A stretch of 63,725 bases of DNA, counting the filler, from Reticulomyxa filosa (lineage: Eukaryota > Protista > Foraminifera), in NCBI GenBank assembly GCA_000512085.1. It is 17 parts of 17 records of this genome, joined end to end, with 100 filler letters (N's around TTAATTAATTAA, not from the genome) between each part and the next. Parts side by side here need not be neighbours in the genome. Positions count along the whole stretch, not along the records: positions 48,399 to 49,461 come from ASPP01018272.1; positions 49,562 to 53,004 come from ASPP01015662.1; positions 53,105 to 55,103 come from ASPP01044513.1; positions 55,204 to 63,725 come from ASPP01007030.1; 13 more parts are not named here. One strand, 5' to 3'. A model generated the notes under the pieces. That model had not been told where the DNA came from and ran no database searches. It worked only from the letters and a program-made list of their open reading frames with translations. Positions 48,962-62,565 of this stretch are shown here, piece by piece. The translations under genes and the position numbers were made by a program. How positions within the stretch are numbered: position 1 is the first letter of the stretch; the number at the start of each line of letters is the position of its first letter.

Positions 48962-49339
48962 TTAAAGCGCCGGACCTTTGAGTTCTATCTGGTTGCCTTC
49001 CGGATCATGGAAATAGACCGAGGGCCCGGTGCCTTCCGCACCGTAACGCTGAACCGTTTCGCCGACCGATACCTCGAGTGGCGCGAGCCGCATGACGATG
49101 GCGTCACGATCGAACGGCTCAATGCGGAAGCACAAATGATCCATGTTTCGCGCCGTAACCTGCGCATCATTGGTAACGAGATCGAGCATGGAAGCGCCCG
49201 CTCGCATCTGCACAAGATGGAGCGTGTCGATACGCCGCTCTTCACGGAACCCCAGCGCCTGTTCGTAGAAACGCACCATGCCGGCCAGATCGCGCACGCG
49301 CAGCACGACATGGTCGATTCGTTCGACTTTGAAGGTCAC
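48962..49339 (-). CDS. VOC/glyoxalase family protein
   Basis: RIDHVVLRVRD...FYEQALG, NMDHLCFRI, SVYFHDPEGNQIELKG. GGAGG RBS before the GTG start. Confidence 0.93.
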   Translation of the reverse strand: MTFKVERIDHVVLRVRDLAGMVRFYEQALGFREERRIDTLHLVQMRAGASMLDLVTNDAQVTARNMDHLCFRIEPFDRDAIVMRLAPLEVSVGETVQRYGAEGTGPSVYFHDPEGNQIELKGPAL

Positions 49340-49387
49340 GGCGAATAGCCTCCTCCAGGCAGGAAATCAGAACCCATGGAGGAGAGA

Positions 49388-49461
49388 ATGGCGTTCGCAG
49401 TCAATGCCGCCAAGGCACGCCTAAAGAAGAACGAGCTGTCGATCGGCATCGGCATCCGGCT
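49388..49461 (+). CDS. 5' end of probable HpcH/HpaI aldolase-family gene
   Basis: GGAGGA RBS then MAFAVNAAKARLKKNELSIGIGIR, resembling the NxxKxxLxxGxxxxG N-terminus. Only 24 codons are visible. Confidence 0.5.
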
Positions 49462-49606
49462 NNNNNNNNNNNNNNNNNNNNNNNNNNNNNNNNNNNNNNN
49501 NNNNNTTAATTAATTAANNNNNNNNNNNNNNNNNNNNNNNNNNNNNNNNNNNNNNNNNNNNAAAAAAATGAGGAATAAACGTAGTTCCCAAATGTGCTGT
49601 ATGATG

Positions 49607-51662
49607 CTATGACCCCACGGTAGTTTTTGACTTGGTGGATTCAAAAGTAGTGGTTTCTTTGTCCTTTTGTTCATCAACTTCCCGAAGCACTTCTTTTTTT
49701 GCGTCTTTCTCAAGAATGAGAGACTCTCTTCTTTTGATTTCAAGATCAGGAGAGCGATCCACTGGAATGCAATGTGTTTTGAGAGTATCAGACAAAGACT
49801 CCCTTGCTTTGGAAACTTCCAAGACAATGACTGAGTCTTTATACAAGTCAAAGCGTATGAAATCTTGACGAGTAGAATCAATATAACGACACAAATCAGT
49901 CATATTTTTGACTTCGACATTGTCCACAGCTAACAGCATGCGACAGGCGCACCCTTCGTAGCCAACATTGATTTCGTTGGACAACACATGGGACAGGACG
50001 ATGACCTGTTCATCGGCGGTCTGTTTATACTCAACCGTAGCTTTATTAGATAAGTGCAGCGGAGCATCGGAATACCAGTTGGAGCCGTAGTACGCAAATA
50101 AAAACGGCCTGCTCAAGGGCAGGAATACCAATCCGCCAAATATGAAATAAGTGGGAGTATGTGGCAATTCATACAAATGCAAAGGGACCAAATGTGGGAT
50201 TTCATCCACTATCATATTCACATCTATTTCTTTGCCGTCACGCAATACTGTGAGAACCGCTGTATCGCCTGAAAACTTTTGAATCGTCAAATAATGATGA
50301 GGCAGACGTTCACCTTTCTGTGAGAGCATTCACAATTCATTGTAATATGTACATATATGATATAAATAATATATAAATATATATATATAAATATATATGT
50401 ATATGTATGTATACATATACATTTATATATTTATATTATATTGTAACAACGACAAAACAACACACACACACACAAAACATCTCGAAAAGAAATGGTTCCA
50501 TCATCTGCAATGACAATGCCATCATATCGCAACACCACGTCATTGGGCTTTAGCTTGTCGAATGCATCAGTTAATGGAATTAAGTGGTTAACAAAAATCC
50601 CCGTTTGCTCTTCGCGCATTTGCAAGGACGCCTTGTGAGAAGGGTTTTCCAACTTGCTCCAGCTCATTCCAATGCTTGGGAAATTCAAGCTCTTGTTTTT
50701 GCGCTTGATCCCTTCCAGAAAGTGTTCGATCACGGGCACTGGAATGATGTACCCAATATTTTGTTTGTTGCTGTAAGCTTGAAATGCTACGCCGATCACG
50801 TTGTCGCCCTGGATGCAAGGACCTCCACTGTTTCCTGATCCCAACAATGACCGTTTTACAGGGCAAAGCACATTTCATATGAATGTATTACCACACACAC
50901 ACACACACACAAAACAGAGGCTATTTGTTTGTTTTCATTTCTTGTCCATGCATTACATAAATGTAAATATAAATACAAATAGTAATACACATTATATACA
51001 TATACATATATATATATATATATGTATATATATAATATGTAAATGTCGACAAAACAATCAATTACCGGGGTTAATTGCTGCATCTATTTGAATTGACAAC
51101 AACGAATTGAGCCCATGGGAATACGTCACAAAATTGATTCGACTGATCACTCCTTTAGTGACACATATGTTGTCGCCACCAGTTGGATAACCCACCACCA
51201 CTATCGAATCTTGCAATTGTGGAATTCCTCCAAAATTCAACGCTTTTGTATTTTCCCAAAACTTTTCATCTTTCACCGTCAATATCGCTAAATCGCAGTC
51301 GTGTCCAACGTGCAACACTTGAGCCGTGTATTTTTTTGCCGTTGGATCACTGTGCTTACGAACTCGAATCGTTTTCGCAAAACTCACGCCTTTTTTTTTT
51401 GAGTTTAAAAAAAAGAAAGTCATTTTTTTCTTAATTGCGTTGTTCATTTAATGTACTTATCATTTTCTTTCTTTTTTTTTTAATTTGTCTCAAATCAATT
51501 ACCGTGTGCATTACAAAGTATCTGACGCTCTCGAAAAATAAACCCGCTGCTGGTGCTTTGTGCTTGATGTTCCATTTGCCAGGGGTTTGAATAGTTTGGA
51601 CTACATGTCACCACAAAAATTTTAACTACACTAAAAAAATGTTCGTGTGATATTGCTTCCAT
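49607..51662 (-). CDS. Deg/HtrA serine protease (plant Deg2/Deg9-like) with PDZ domains, about 4 exons
   Basis: SVVKIF...PNYSNPWQM, catalytic triad ILCNAH / HDCDLAIL / IQIDAAINPGNSGGP, PDZ regions and YFIFGGLVFLPLS. Confidence 0.93.
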
Positions 51663-52350
51663 TTACTATTCTCGGCCAAATGCTAGGAATTTGTTTGGTT
51701 TTGTTATTGGTTTGCTTATTTGTACTGTGAAAAATTATCAATTGAAAATCAGCAGAAACGTGAGAAGGAAAGAAAACAGTCAATAATGACGATAATAATA
51801 CTACTACCTGTCAAAACGAGTAAAAGAAAGCAATAAGTATGTATTTATTTGAATATTTTTGTTCTCGAACTGGCTTGTTACTGTCCACTTTGCTTATTTT
51901 TTTAATTGTGCTTTGGGAAAGGAGTACCCACAGACGTCGACATTTGATACTCGAAGAGAAATTGTTCAGCCAAAATCAAAGCAATAAAAAGAAAAATAAG
52001 CTGTATATTGCTGTTTGTGAAATTGCGCTCACTAAAAAAACATTCCAAAATAAAAGTGATGATCGAAATGTGGTGAACAAAAGTAGCTTAGAATTATTTC
52101 GCCATGTAATAGTATAGCAGACATGTAAGGAAAAGAGATATAAATTTGAATTAATAGGGGTAGAAAATGTAGAATACTGTCGAAAAGATCTGCAATAACT
52201 TAACTGACAATTTAGACAAGAAAGCATCTCGAATAAGTGAATTCGTGCGCGACAAAACAAAATAAAACAAAAAAGGGGTGAGAAATGAGGCTTTTTGTAA
52301 GCGAGATAACAGTATTTTTCCTCCTTATCTCAAAAAAAAAATTCATTGGA

Positions 52351-52964
52351 TCAAAGATTTTTATTTGTTCCATAGTCTGTATTTTTGTTTTTTTCTTTGG
52401 ACCCTTGGGCTTGTGGATGAGTTTTGTCCAAGTGGGTTACGTTTTGATTTTGGTCTTTTGCAACCTGCGTTTGGTCATCTATTGCTTTGTTTATTGCATT
52501 GACCGGTGCATGCTGAGCCTCATTATTTATTGGTGTGGGTTCACTTTCCGGATTGTGTTTTGTTCATCGCCTAGGTCTTCCAAATTCAATGCTATTCGAA
52601 AATTTTCGGATGGAGTGAAGAGAGAGAGGAGGGAAAAAAAAAAAAAGGAAAGATAAAAAGTAGGACAAAATGAAGCAATAGGCCAAGATAAAAAGAGCAC
52701 AAAGGGAAGCAAACCAGTTGGTGGGGTATACAATCCTTTGAACATGGCGACCAAGTCTTCGACAGAAATTTCTTGCTTTCTTTCGAACATGAGATCGAAA
52801 ATGTCGCAAAGGAAAGGAAGTAAATCTTCACAAGCCACCCGCATCATATTAGTCAAGACTTGATCCATGTCATGTGTCAATTGACCCGGTTTGCTTTCCG
52901 CAGTCGAATGAAGACTTTCATTTTTCGTCGAAAGGTCTTGAATGTCTGTGTCATTTCTCGTTAC

Positions 52965-52965
<1 letters not shown>
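52351..52965 (-). CDS. 3' exons of an unidentified gene
   Basis: Coding-like VLTNMMRVACEDLLPFLCDIFDLMF...GLYTPPT, an intron, then ENFRIALNLEDL and a polar tail reached by a frameshift. Confidence 0.4.
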
Positions 52966-53004
<39 letters not shown>

Positions 53005-55203
53005 NNNNNNNNNNNNNNNNNNNNNNNNNNNNNNNNNNNNNNNNNNNNTTAATTAATTAANNNNNNNNNNNNNNNNNNNNNNNNNNNNNNNNNNNNNNNN
53101 NNNNACTTTCAACAGCCTTAAAAATCCGATTCAAGGTTTCTGAAATCTCCAAAGATACTTAACTTGCATATTGTGTGATTTGTGTATTGTTTTCCTTTAA
53201 TACAATTATCATATACTCTTTACAATTATCCTCTTTATTATATACATATACTTTTATTAAACGCTTTTTGACAGAAAGTTTGTAGATTCTTTATTGTCAT
53301 TTGTATTATATGCAATTCTTTGTACTTCACACTGTTTATTCCATTGAAAGTTTTTCAGACCAAATGTTATTTATAGGTATTTGAATTATTTCGTTTCCAC
53401 AAATTTCTTTAAAGTGGCAGTCTTGGGATTACAACGAAAAGATTCGCCAAAAGCGTCAAGCCAATGCAACAATAAAGAGAAGATTGAGCAAACTGCTGTG
53501 TGTAAGAATATCAAGAGAAAGAGGAATAAAAACAAAAACAAAAATAAATTGGGAGTGGTCTGTATGTGCGGAATGGAGGTGATAGTGATGATATACGGCA
53601 GCGTGACCACTGACAAATTGAACACATGGCTGAACCGTCGAGCGGAGAGAATGGACAACGAGAGACTAAAGCGCAACGGCCGATCTGCGAAAGTGCGTTT
53701 GTGGAACAGCAATTGGTTTGCGCCCAACGGTTCGTACTTTTACATCAGACAAGTATTTGAGTTGATCCGCAATTGCCGAGAATTACGTAAGCGTGTTAAA
53801 AGACCAGTGCTACGCCATCGCGGGCAACAATATCAACTTTTTCATCCCCGATGTGCCGTTGCACATTCAACTCCGTTCGATGCGTTTTGGTCATCGCACA
53901 AAGTATCTCGAGTTTGTGGGTTGTCATCATCGTGATTTTTTGTCTGCTGTTCAGTTGTGAGATTGACAAGGCAAGAATAAGATGTAAGGAGATTGTATAT
54001 GATGAATAAAATAAAAAATATTTATATATATAAATATATATAACGACTCAGGCGAAACTGAAACAACAACTAGCATCTATCTTGGGCTGTTATGTGTTGG
54101 ACAAGAGCGAGGATCATATGGCTATGCTCTTGGACCAACATTGTTGCCGTAATAGATCATATGTGGACATGATCACCAACTACTTGAAAAGATTGGAACA
54201 GAAACATAATAACAATAATAATAACAAAAACAGAAACAATAATATCAAAAAAACCAGTCACTTTGCCCAATGCATAAGTGAGTGAGTTATCTTTGACAAG
54301 TGACACCGCTACTTCACTGGCATTAGCGAAACTATCAATTTGAACTCTTAAGATGAGGACACAGCCAAACATAAAACACATGTCCCCAAAATTTCAATTT
54401 GTCATTACAGCTTGTTTTTCATTCCAAAACAAATAACCACAATCACACGCCTGCAAATGTGGTCACATAAAGAGAACATTAGGAAAAACGTAAATTCACC
54501 TTTCTGTCTGCTTTCCTATGTGAAGTATGTACATTTTGATATAAATTCTTCGCTTTCAAAAAAAATAATGACAAAAAATGATAATGTATTGGATAGCAGT
54601 GATCTAATTGAACAAATGGTAAATCGGAGCCATTGAGCCAATCCAATGGCAAAAGCAAGTGATAATAGAAAGGAAAATACACCAAAGCAGACCTTCATTT
54701 CTTCGGCCGGTACGTCAAGTTCTCGATCCATTCCAACCGACAGTAAGACATAACTATGATTCACTTAAACTAGGATTTTGTCCCCACACCCCAATCCACA
54801 CAGATGACGATTCCAATATCATATTCATGTGTTTGTTGATATAACCTCTTACTTGCCAACATCTTTTTCCAAAAGAACAAATGTATTTTTTTGAACAGTG
54901 GCAAAGCAACAAGGCCATCCAGGCTAACATCTCCAGTCTCTATCAATAACAAAGAAAGTACACCACTGGAAATTAGCACCAAGACTGACACCAGCTTGCT
55001 CATTGGAAAGTCTAGATCCAAGTTTGTATATAAATAAATTTATCAAAAGTGACGTATTTTTTTTGTTTTGTTTGATTTGTTAACAACTATCACTTCTTCA
55101 AACNNNNNNNNNNNNNNNNNNNNNNNNNNNNNNNNNNNNNNNNNNNNTTAATTAATTAANNNNNNNNNNNNNNNNNNNNNNNNNNNNNNNNNNNNNNNNN
55201 NNN

Positions 55204-55234
<31 letters not shown>

Positions 55235-55499
55235 GTGAAAAAAAAAAAGTTACTTATATTTTTAGTTTTTTATTTTTTTTTTAAAAAAAACAATTTGCCA
55301 TTACTTTTTGCATTGAAATTGGCTTTGCTGTTTCAATCACTGTTTTTGTGTTCAGTCTTCTTCTTTTTCGCTCAGGCTTTAGTTTTTCCTCGTGATTTTC
55401 TTCGTTGGGTTCTTTCGTCAAATCAATTAGCATATCTCTCTCAGGGGAATAGAGCCTTTTTCTGTCGCTTCGTAACTCGTTACTTTGCGTTTTTCCTAA

Positions 55500-58400
55500 A
55501 GTTTCAACGTTCGCATGTGTTCATAATGCTAGTTTCTTTAAAGAAAATGTTAACTGTGATCATTTTCATCTATATTCATCTGCAGCTGTCTTGTACTTGG
55601 AGCAAAAGTTCTAAAAATGATGATGGGGCAACAGAAAGTTTTAGTCCCAAAGAGTTCAGTATGGGAATCCACTTTACATCTCCAGTCCTGAATATGATCG
55701 GCACTAGTCAAAAGTGTCTTAATTAAAAATGTTGATAGTGTTGAGAAACTCCTCCGCTCGAACAAATATATTACAATTTAAAATTTTTCATGCTTTGAAC
55801 TCAGAGTTTGTCAATTTTTCATGAAATATTGAAAGGTCATTACAAAAATTAGAATTTTTTTTTAAATTCAAAGTAAAACAATATCTTGTTGAGTTGTATG
55901 TTTTTATGACTTTTAAGCTGTTCCTACTAAATTTTCCTTGTTCTGGCAAATACCAAGAAGTGTTATATCAATTTTATTTCCGTATTGCGCTTGAATGAAA
56001 AATTTTGATTGATAATTGCCCACTTTTGATGGTTGAAATGTTACCATTATCTATGTTTATTATAAGATATGGAAGTACTTTATATTTTGCTCACTGAAAA
56101 CTACATGTTGCCTTTTGTTTTAAAGGTTTACCTTTTTTGGGGCACTTTCAATATGATGAAGAAGCATTTTTCGCCGAGTTGTAAGATTATCAGAATGTAT
56201 TTGTTCACCAGGCTGTTTGTCAGTCCTGGCTGCTTGTTGTAACTCACAACTTCTGCAAGTAAAATGGAAAGCGTTTTTGTCGTCAAGCCATTGCCCAAAA
56301 ACGTCAAGGTCTTGTGCATTTAAGTTTGCGAGAGTTTGTGGATGCATGATATTCTCTTGCGAGTGTGGAGGTCTTGGTGAATGAACAATTTTCCATTTAG
56401 CTTTCACGCGTAAAGAGCTAGACAATTCGAACACTCGAGAGATAATATCTCCAGGATATGTTTTGTGGAAGTGAAGAACATTTGTGCTTGCTTGAATAAA
56501 TGGCCTGTGTATTTTCATTGAATATTCTTGTTTGTTATGATCGCAAATACTTAAAATCAAGAGTTAAATGTCTTAATTTACCTATGCAAAATTCCATTAA
56601 GGGGAAAACATTGAATATTCTTATTTATAAATGTTACTTTCAATTCCCCACTAATCTCTTGTTTCTTGACAAGTTGCCATTTCGACCTTAAATTTGTTGC
56701 AACAATTCGAAAATAAATTTTAAAACATAAAAAAAGTAAATACACCAATACTTGTCCTTGGGCGAAGGTGGATTAAACATGACAGAAAATTGAATGCTGT
56801 CATTAGCTATTAAATTAGAGAATTTATTTTCCTTGTCCAATTGTGGGCTGCTTGAGATTTCTTTAACTCGAAAATATTCGCTAGGACTGGCCTCTACTGA
56901 GAATGACACTTGAGCGCTTGTGTTGTTGAAAAGTGTAGCATTTTTAATGATTGGTTGCTGAATTGCCCACAACACCCAATCCATTTCCAAAATAAAATAA
57001 AATAAAAAATTCAAGAAAGAGGCAAAAGAGTACAAGCATGTTCTTAACTGTTGTGCCTGCAAAATGACGAAACAATAAGTTCTGATTTCCTTCTTGTAGA
57101 TATTTGAATGTCCTTTTACCCCAGAGTGATTTGTCCAATAATAATTGAGGTCGTATCGTGGACGCGCGCAGTTTCAGATGTGTGGTGTTTTCTTGCAAGT
57201 GTTTGGGGGCTAACACCCACACGTCATTATTAAAGTTTCTTTTGTCAATGTTGTGTTCGTCCTTTTTTCATGTAGAATTTTGATCAGATTTATTTTGTTT
57301 TTTTGTTTGGAATACGCAAACACAGAAAAGCAAGACAATTTCAATTGCTAACTTTTATATTGTAGGTTTGAGTCATTTTCATGAAGTCTAATTTTTTGAC
57401 AAATATGTTTGGAAATAACCAACTGTAATACGAATGCTCTTTGCTAGTCTTTGCATCAAATAATATGGTGCATCTGGCACTTTGTTTTCCTTTTACGATG
57501 ATTTCTTGTGGAGAAATTGAAAATGGACAAATATCATCATCATGTTTATTTGGCTTTATGACACGATTCTGTACTATACACCGATCGAAAGCGTATGGCT
57601 CTAATCGGTATATAATATCCCCATCCTCGCTCACATCTACTGATGATCGTGCCCATTCTTTTTCGTATTTTTCCATGTCTATCAAACTCCACTCTACTTT
57701 CATGTCGAAATTTGCATTATTGTTTACTGTTATATTTTTTACATGCGTGCCACTTTGAATTAATTGCGGCATCCAATCCAAACGAGGAGACATGTCAATG
57801 TCAGTGTTTTCGTCACTGCTTGCTTTCTTTTGAATGCTCCTCTTGGGGAATGATATTCCAGTACAACTCCCAAATGATAATGGGGATCCGACTATCCCGA
57901 TCTTGCAATCGATTGGTATGTTTTGGCTTAGCTTATCAATCTAATTTCATTGTTAATTTGGGAAAACAATAATAAATAGTATTTCATAACTATTTCTTTT
58001 AAGTTTTTTTAAAACACAATTTTAAAACATGGGTCCCTTTTTTCAAAACTCTAAGGTTCAATTGTTGGGTAAATGTTCCACACATATCGTTAAAACAATA
58101 ACATTCCAATTCAACCAAACCCCAAGGCTCGATTAGTCCCTTGGAGGGCACAATGGCAAAAACTGCACCACGTCCATGGAGGATGTCCACTACACGCTCT
58201 CTTTTTTTTTTTTCGGAAGCATACTTTTTGCCATTTGCATTTGAAAACTGGTCTTCGTCTTTGTTGAACGAAAATATCTTCATGTCGGATACTTTTTCAC
58301 AAAATGCAAATTATTATTTTTGTAAAGATGCTTTTTTTTGTTTGTTTGAGGAAAAAAATAACAATTAGTAAAGCCAAAAGACAAACTTGTCGCGGTATTA

Positions 58401-61400
58401 GCACTCATTTTCGAGATTGTGTTTGCGACATTGTTACAAGCATCCAATTTTGAAAGTCCTTGTGAAGAGGTGGCTACGCCCGATAAAGTTGTCTTTTTTG
58501 AATCTGCAATTAATTTTTCAATTGCCGAGATTGTGGATGTATCGGCAGCTTCCGTGTCAATGTTGAACTATTGAGTCATCAAGTTATCCAACTCAAGGAC
58601 TCTTTTCCCTGCCCCCTCCCTCTCCTCTCTTCCGCTGCCCTCTCTAAAGTATTTTTTTTGCAATGATTAGCATATCGTATAACTTTGTTTTTGCTTGCAG
58701 TGTGGTTTCGAAGAACTAATTTAAAAGAGGATTGACAGTAAATCTCTACATTAGAACCAAAGTCAATAGTAAATGGTGATTCTTTATACGGGTACTGTTT
58801 TTCCATCCATTGAATATCTTTCTCCTCCAAAATATCTCTGATTGAAGGGATTTCAATGTTTTTAAATAACTTTGCTTCTATTTTCCTTTGCACCTTGCAA
58901 ATTTCATTTTTTTTTTTTTAAAAAAAAACAAACAAACAAAAATATGAATCGACAAATAAGATTGACAATAATATAATTTACATACTTTCAAATGAGAGCT
59001 GTCACCGATTACCCTATGTAATGACACTTTCAAATCTTTAACGAGTGTTTGTATTCTCAGTTCCAAAGGCTTCTCTGATCCACTCAGTTGGCACTGCAGC
59101 GTCACATCCAATGGACCAAGTTGTTTTGGGACAAGTCGCAATGTGCATTCCACATTCCCTCCACCGGTTAAATGAGGTTTTAATGGGAGGAATTCCACTT
59201 CGTATGATGGCGATTTAGCCACTTGCCAGCATAAATCGGCCTTCAAGTTGGTGCTATTGACCGCCTCTACTTTAAACACTTGGGCAACTCCGAGAAAACA
59301 TTCTGGTTCGTTGAAACAATCTTTTGACAGCTTTACCATTGGCGCTTGCACTTCACCCTTGGCATGGATAGTGTAAGCTAATATTGATTACATATCGATT
59401 GGGACACATAAAAGACAAACCGAAAGAGTAATTGTAAACCATTTTTATTTTTATTTTTATTTTTACTTATTTTCACAAACGATCACCAAACCGTTTGAAA
59501 GCAACAACAAAAAAAAAACTTTGTGTTATTGAGCCTTGCGTTAAATGAGGGGACATTACGGTAATTTGAATAAAGCTTGCAAACGTTTGACAACACTTTG
59601 GAAAAAACAAGACTTTAATGTCTTGTGGATCGGTGGTTGCTTCAATTTTCACGAGATTTGATGGACGAAATTGCAATTGAGGTTCCCATCCTTGTGACTG
59701 TGTATCTTCTCTACTCTCTTCTAAAGTCAGTTCCAGAGCTGTTGCGCTTTCATTAACAATGACGATTGATCGAGTAGCAAAAACATGCTGTTCTCCAAAA
59801 TTCAATATGCCAAAATCTAGTATTGGAGTAAGGACACGGATTTGGGAACTTTTACAAATGCAATGGATAATTATCTCTCGATCAGTCCCTGATCAAAAGC
59901 AGGATATCATTGTAAAATGTTATTGTTTGGTTTATGCTAAACTTATATCTAATGAGTACTTTTTTTTTTTTTGAAAGACTCCAACGTATAATACCGTTTT
60001 TAACAGCCAAAAAAAATTTCAAATCGTAGTTGCCAATTTTTTTAGGAACAAACGACACAGCACATTGAAGTGTCATTTTAGTTTCCAATATTATTTCCGA
60101 ATGTGAAAATAACACTAAGCAGTCGTCATTTTCAAATTGGCAGAGCTCTTCACAAATAGAAGTACTTCACAAAAACAAGATAAAAAAATATATATTCTGA
60201 TTTGAGTGGCTTGGATAAATGGCACAAAGTCACAAAAAGTGTATTATTTTTGTTTTGTCTTGGGACTATCAAAAGTCTCTTTAACCTGATATATTTTCCA
60301 TCATTTTGGGAAATGGTAGATTGATATGAGGAATCAACGGTGGTTGACCATTTCATGTGGGTAGTGAAATTTGAGATATTTTGTATCTGAAATTTTCCCA
60401 ATCGCGGATGCAGCCACAGACAATCTTCTCCTAACATCAGAACGTTGGATGGCAATATCTGAGCTTCATTCCGGACACATTTTCCATGGACGACCAATTC
60501 TAATACCTCGCCACTAAGGGGTAGTCTTAAGTATGCGTTGCCAGTTACATCTTGAAAAAAGCAATGCCATTCAAACTCGAACGTAGTGACGCCACAAGAT
60601 AGCAATCCATTTGCCTTATTTACACGAACACAATCACTAATATCTTTGCTAAATTTCCATTCAAATGCCAAGGGAAGAGATGATGTGTTTTCAATGGTCA
60701 CGCTGCGTCTCGAGCAAGAGCCAACACATGTGTTCTCAAAAACCAAAGGAAAACTACAAATATCGCTTCTTCCAATTAAATTGCCATCAACAATGTCATC
60801 ATTACCAATTTTTTTTAAAGCAAGTTGGCTATTACACGCCATTGCCACAATGTCATACACCTATATGTGTGTGTTCAATAAAAAAAAAAAATTTCTTTTT
60901 ATGGTTTGTGATAGAGTAATTAACTGTCGAGTTGCCATCGTCACACAATATAATGAATTTTTTGTTACTTTTTCCCAGCTGCTTTGGATGAAATGTGATT
61001 TGGAACAACACAGATTCACCTTGATCCAAACAAAAGTGAGCAGGAGCTATTTCGAATTCATCCAACTGAAGGAAGTTTGCAGCGTTTGTAGCGACAAGTT
61101 CAAGAGTATCGCGCGCTGTTGTTACACTGCTAATTGCAACAGTGTAATCTGGTATGACATCTAAAGTTTTGACCAAATATCGATGCTCCACAAACAACTG
61201 TGAGTACACGTCTTCAAAATCTTTAATGATTCCTTGTGGTTCATACTCAAACGGAACAATTCGAAATCGGGCGAAACTCCCTTCATTTTTGCACTGCACT
61301 TGCAACGTTTGATAGTCATTTACCAAACATGGTGGTAACTCAATCAACGTGGACAACGTTAATTGTGGTTCAGGATGAATGCCATTCAAAGGAATAGTAA

Positions 61401-62138
61401 GGTTCCCAGAACCTGTACAAATTGTCAAAACATCTTGAAACTTGCGCAGTTTGTCTGGAGTAAAAGTTACCACTATTGTTGCGTGCAGTCCAGGTGCAAT
61501 CACACCACAAGCACCAGGATATCTTTTTTGTTGTTACATTTATAATTTTGTGATATCTCTGAAAAAAACTTCGTTTTCAAAAAAAAAAATTGATTCTTTG
61601 TTCTTTTGATATTTTGTAAGCTACACAACTTAAGCACGTTGACTGAGAAATGTTGTGTTTTTGGTGGCACAACGTTGAATCTTTGGCAAGTGTGTGTCGT
61701 ATTTAGCAACTTCAATTCTGTGCTATGGCTCATCGAAGGAACAAAATTTTTGAAGTCAACAACTGAAGGAAGACTTATAAAACAAGGAATCACAGCCGAA
61801 TTTGTGCTATGTGAACAAGCTTGATTGTGTTCATCTATCGCACATAGCTGCTTTGAACTTCTAACCCATTTTGTATCTTTGCTTTGTGTTTCAATCTGGG
61901 TTGATCCCAGTGGCTCTTCATTGTTAATTGCTGCTTTCAAAAGAAGGTTAGAAGCAGCCTTTGCTTCTGACAAAACAGGTTTTTTTTGTTTATTCCGTTT
62001 TTGTGGTTGTTCGATACACTGCCCAGTTTTGCTTTTCGATTGACAAGAAGATATATTTTTTTTATTTCCATTTTGTATTATTGAATTGGAATTTTGACAC
62101 GAGCTTGTCGCGTTAGGTCGTTGGTCAGATGTTTTCAT
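55500..62138 (-). CDS. DLEC1: DLEC1/CFAP81-like ciliary central-pair protein with ASH/Ig-like domains, many exons; 3' end approximate
   Basis: PSVVDFKNF...LKLLNTT...VVPPKTQHFSV, GVIAPGLHATIVVTFTPDKL...PEPQLTL...CLV and GAVFAIVPSKGLIEPWG...CFNDMCGTF occur in the order expected for DLEC1. Confidence 0.72.
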
Positions 62139-62565
62139 TTGGATTAGTACTGTTAAAACGCTCTATTTTTACACGTCAATAGTTAGTGACTAATTATTAT
62201 TCATAAGACCATCGACATTTTCGGATTAAATAAACTGGACCAATCTGAAGTGGACAAGTTTTTTGTAAAGTTTTATGTTTATACATATTTCCACAGATTG
62301 ACAAAAAGAAATAATTTAAACGCCACAAAACGTGAACGAAAAGTTGTTAGTCTTTTTCACAGTTTTAGTATCCCCCAATAGTTCTATCGTTAATCTTGAT
62401 CGAGCTTTTTTCTTCAAATAAATGTCCCATCAAGAAGTAGATATAGATACTGAAGAGGTGGACGCATGTCCATTGTTCACAAGTTCCCAAAAACTGGAAG
62501 AGTTTAGGAAGCAATCATTTCTTGGAATCTTCTTCAACCAAGAGAACAAACGCTAAAAAAAACAA

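Noticed and set aside
53381-55021. Exon-like ORFs on both strands
   Set aside because: Probably fragments of real genes, but no family is recognisable and the boundaries cannot be defined.
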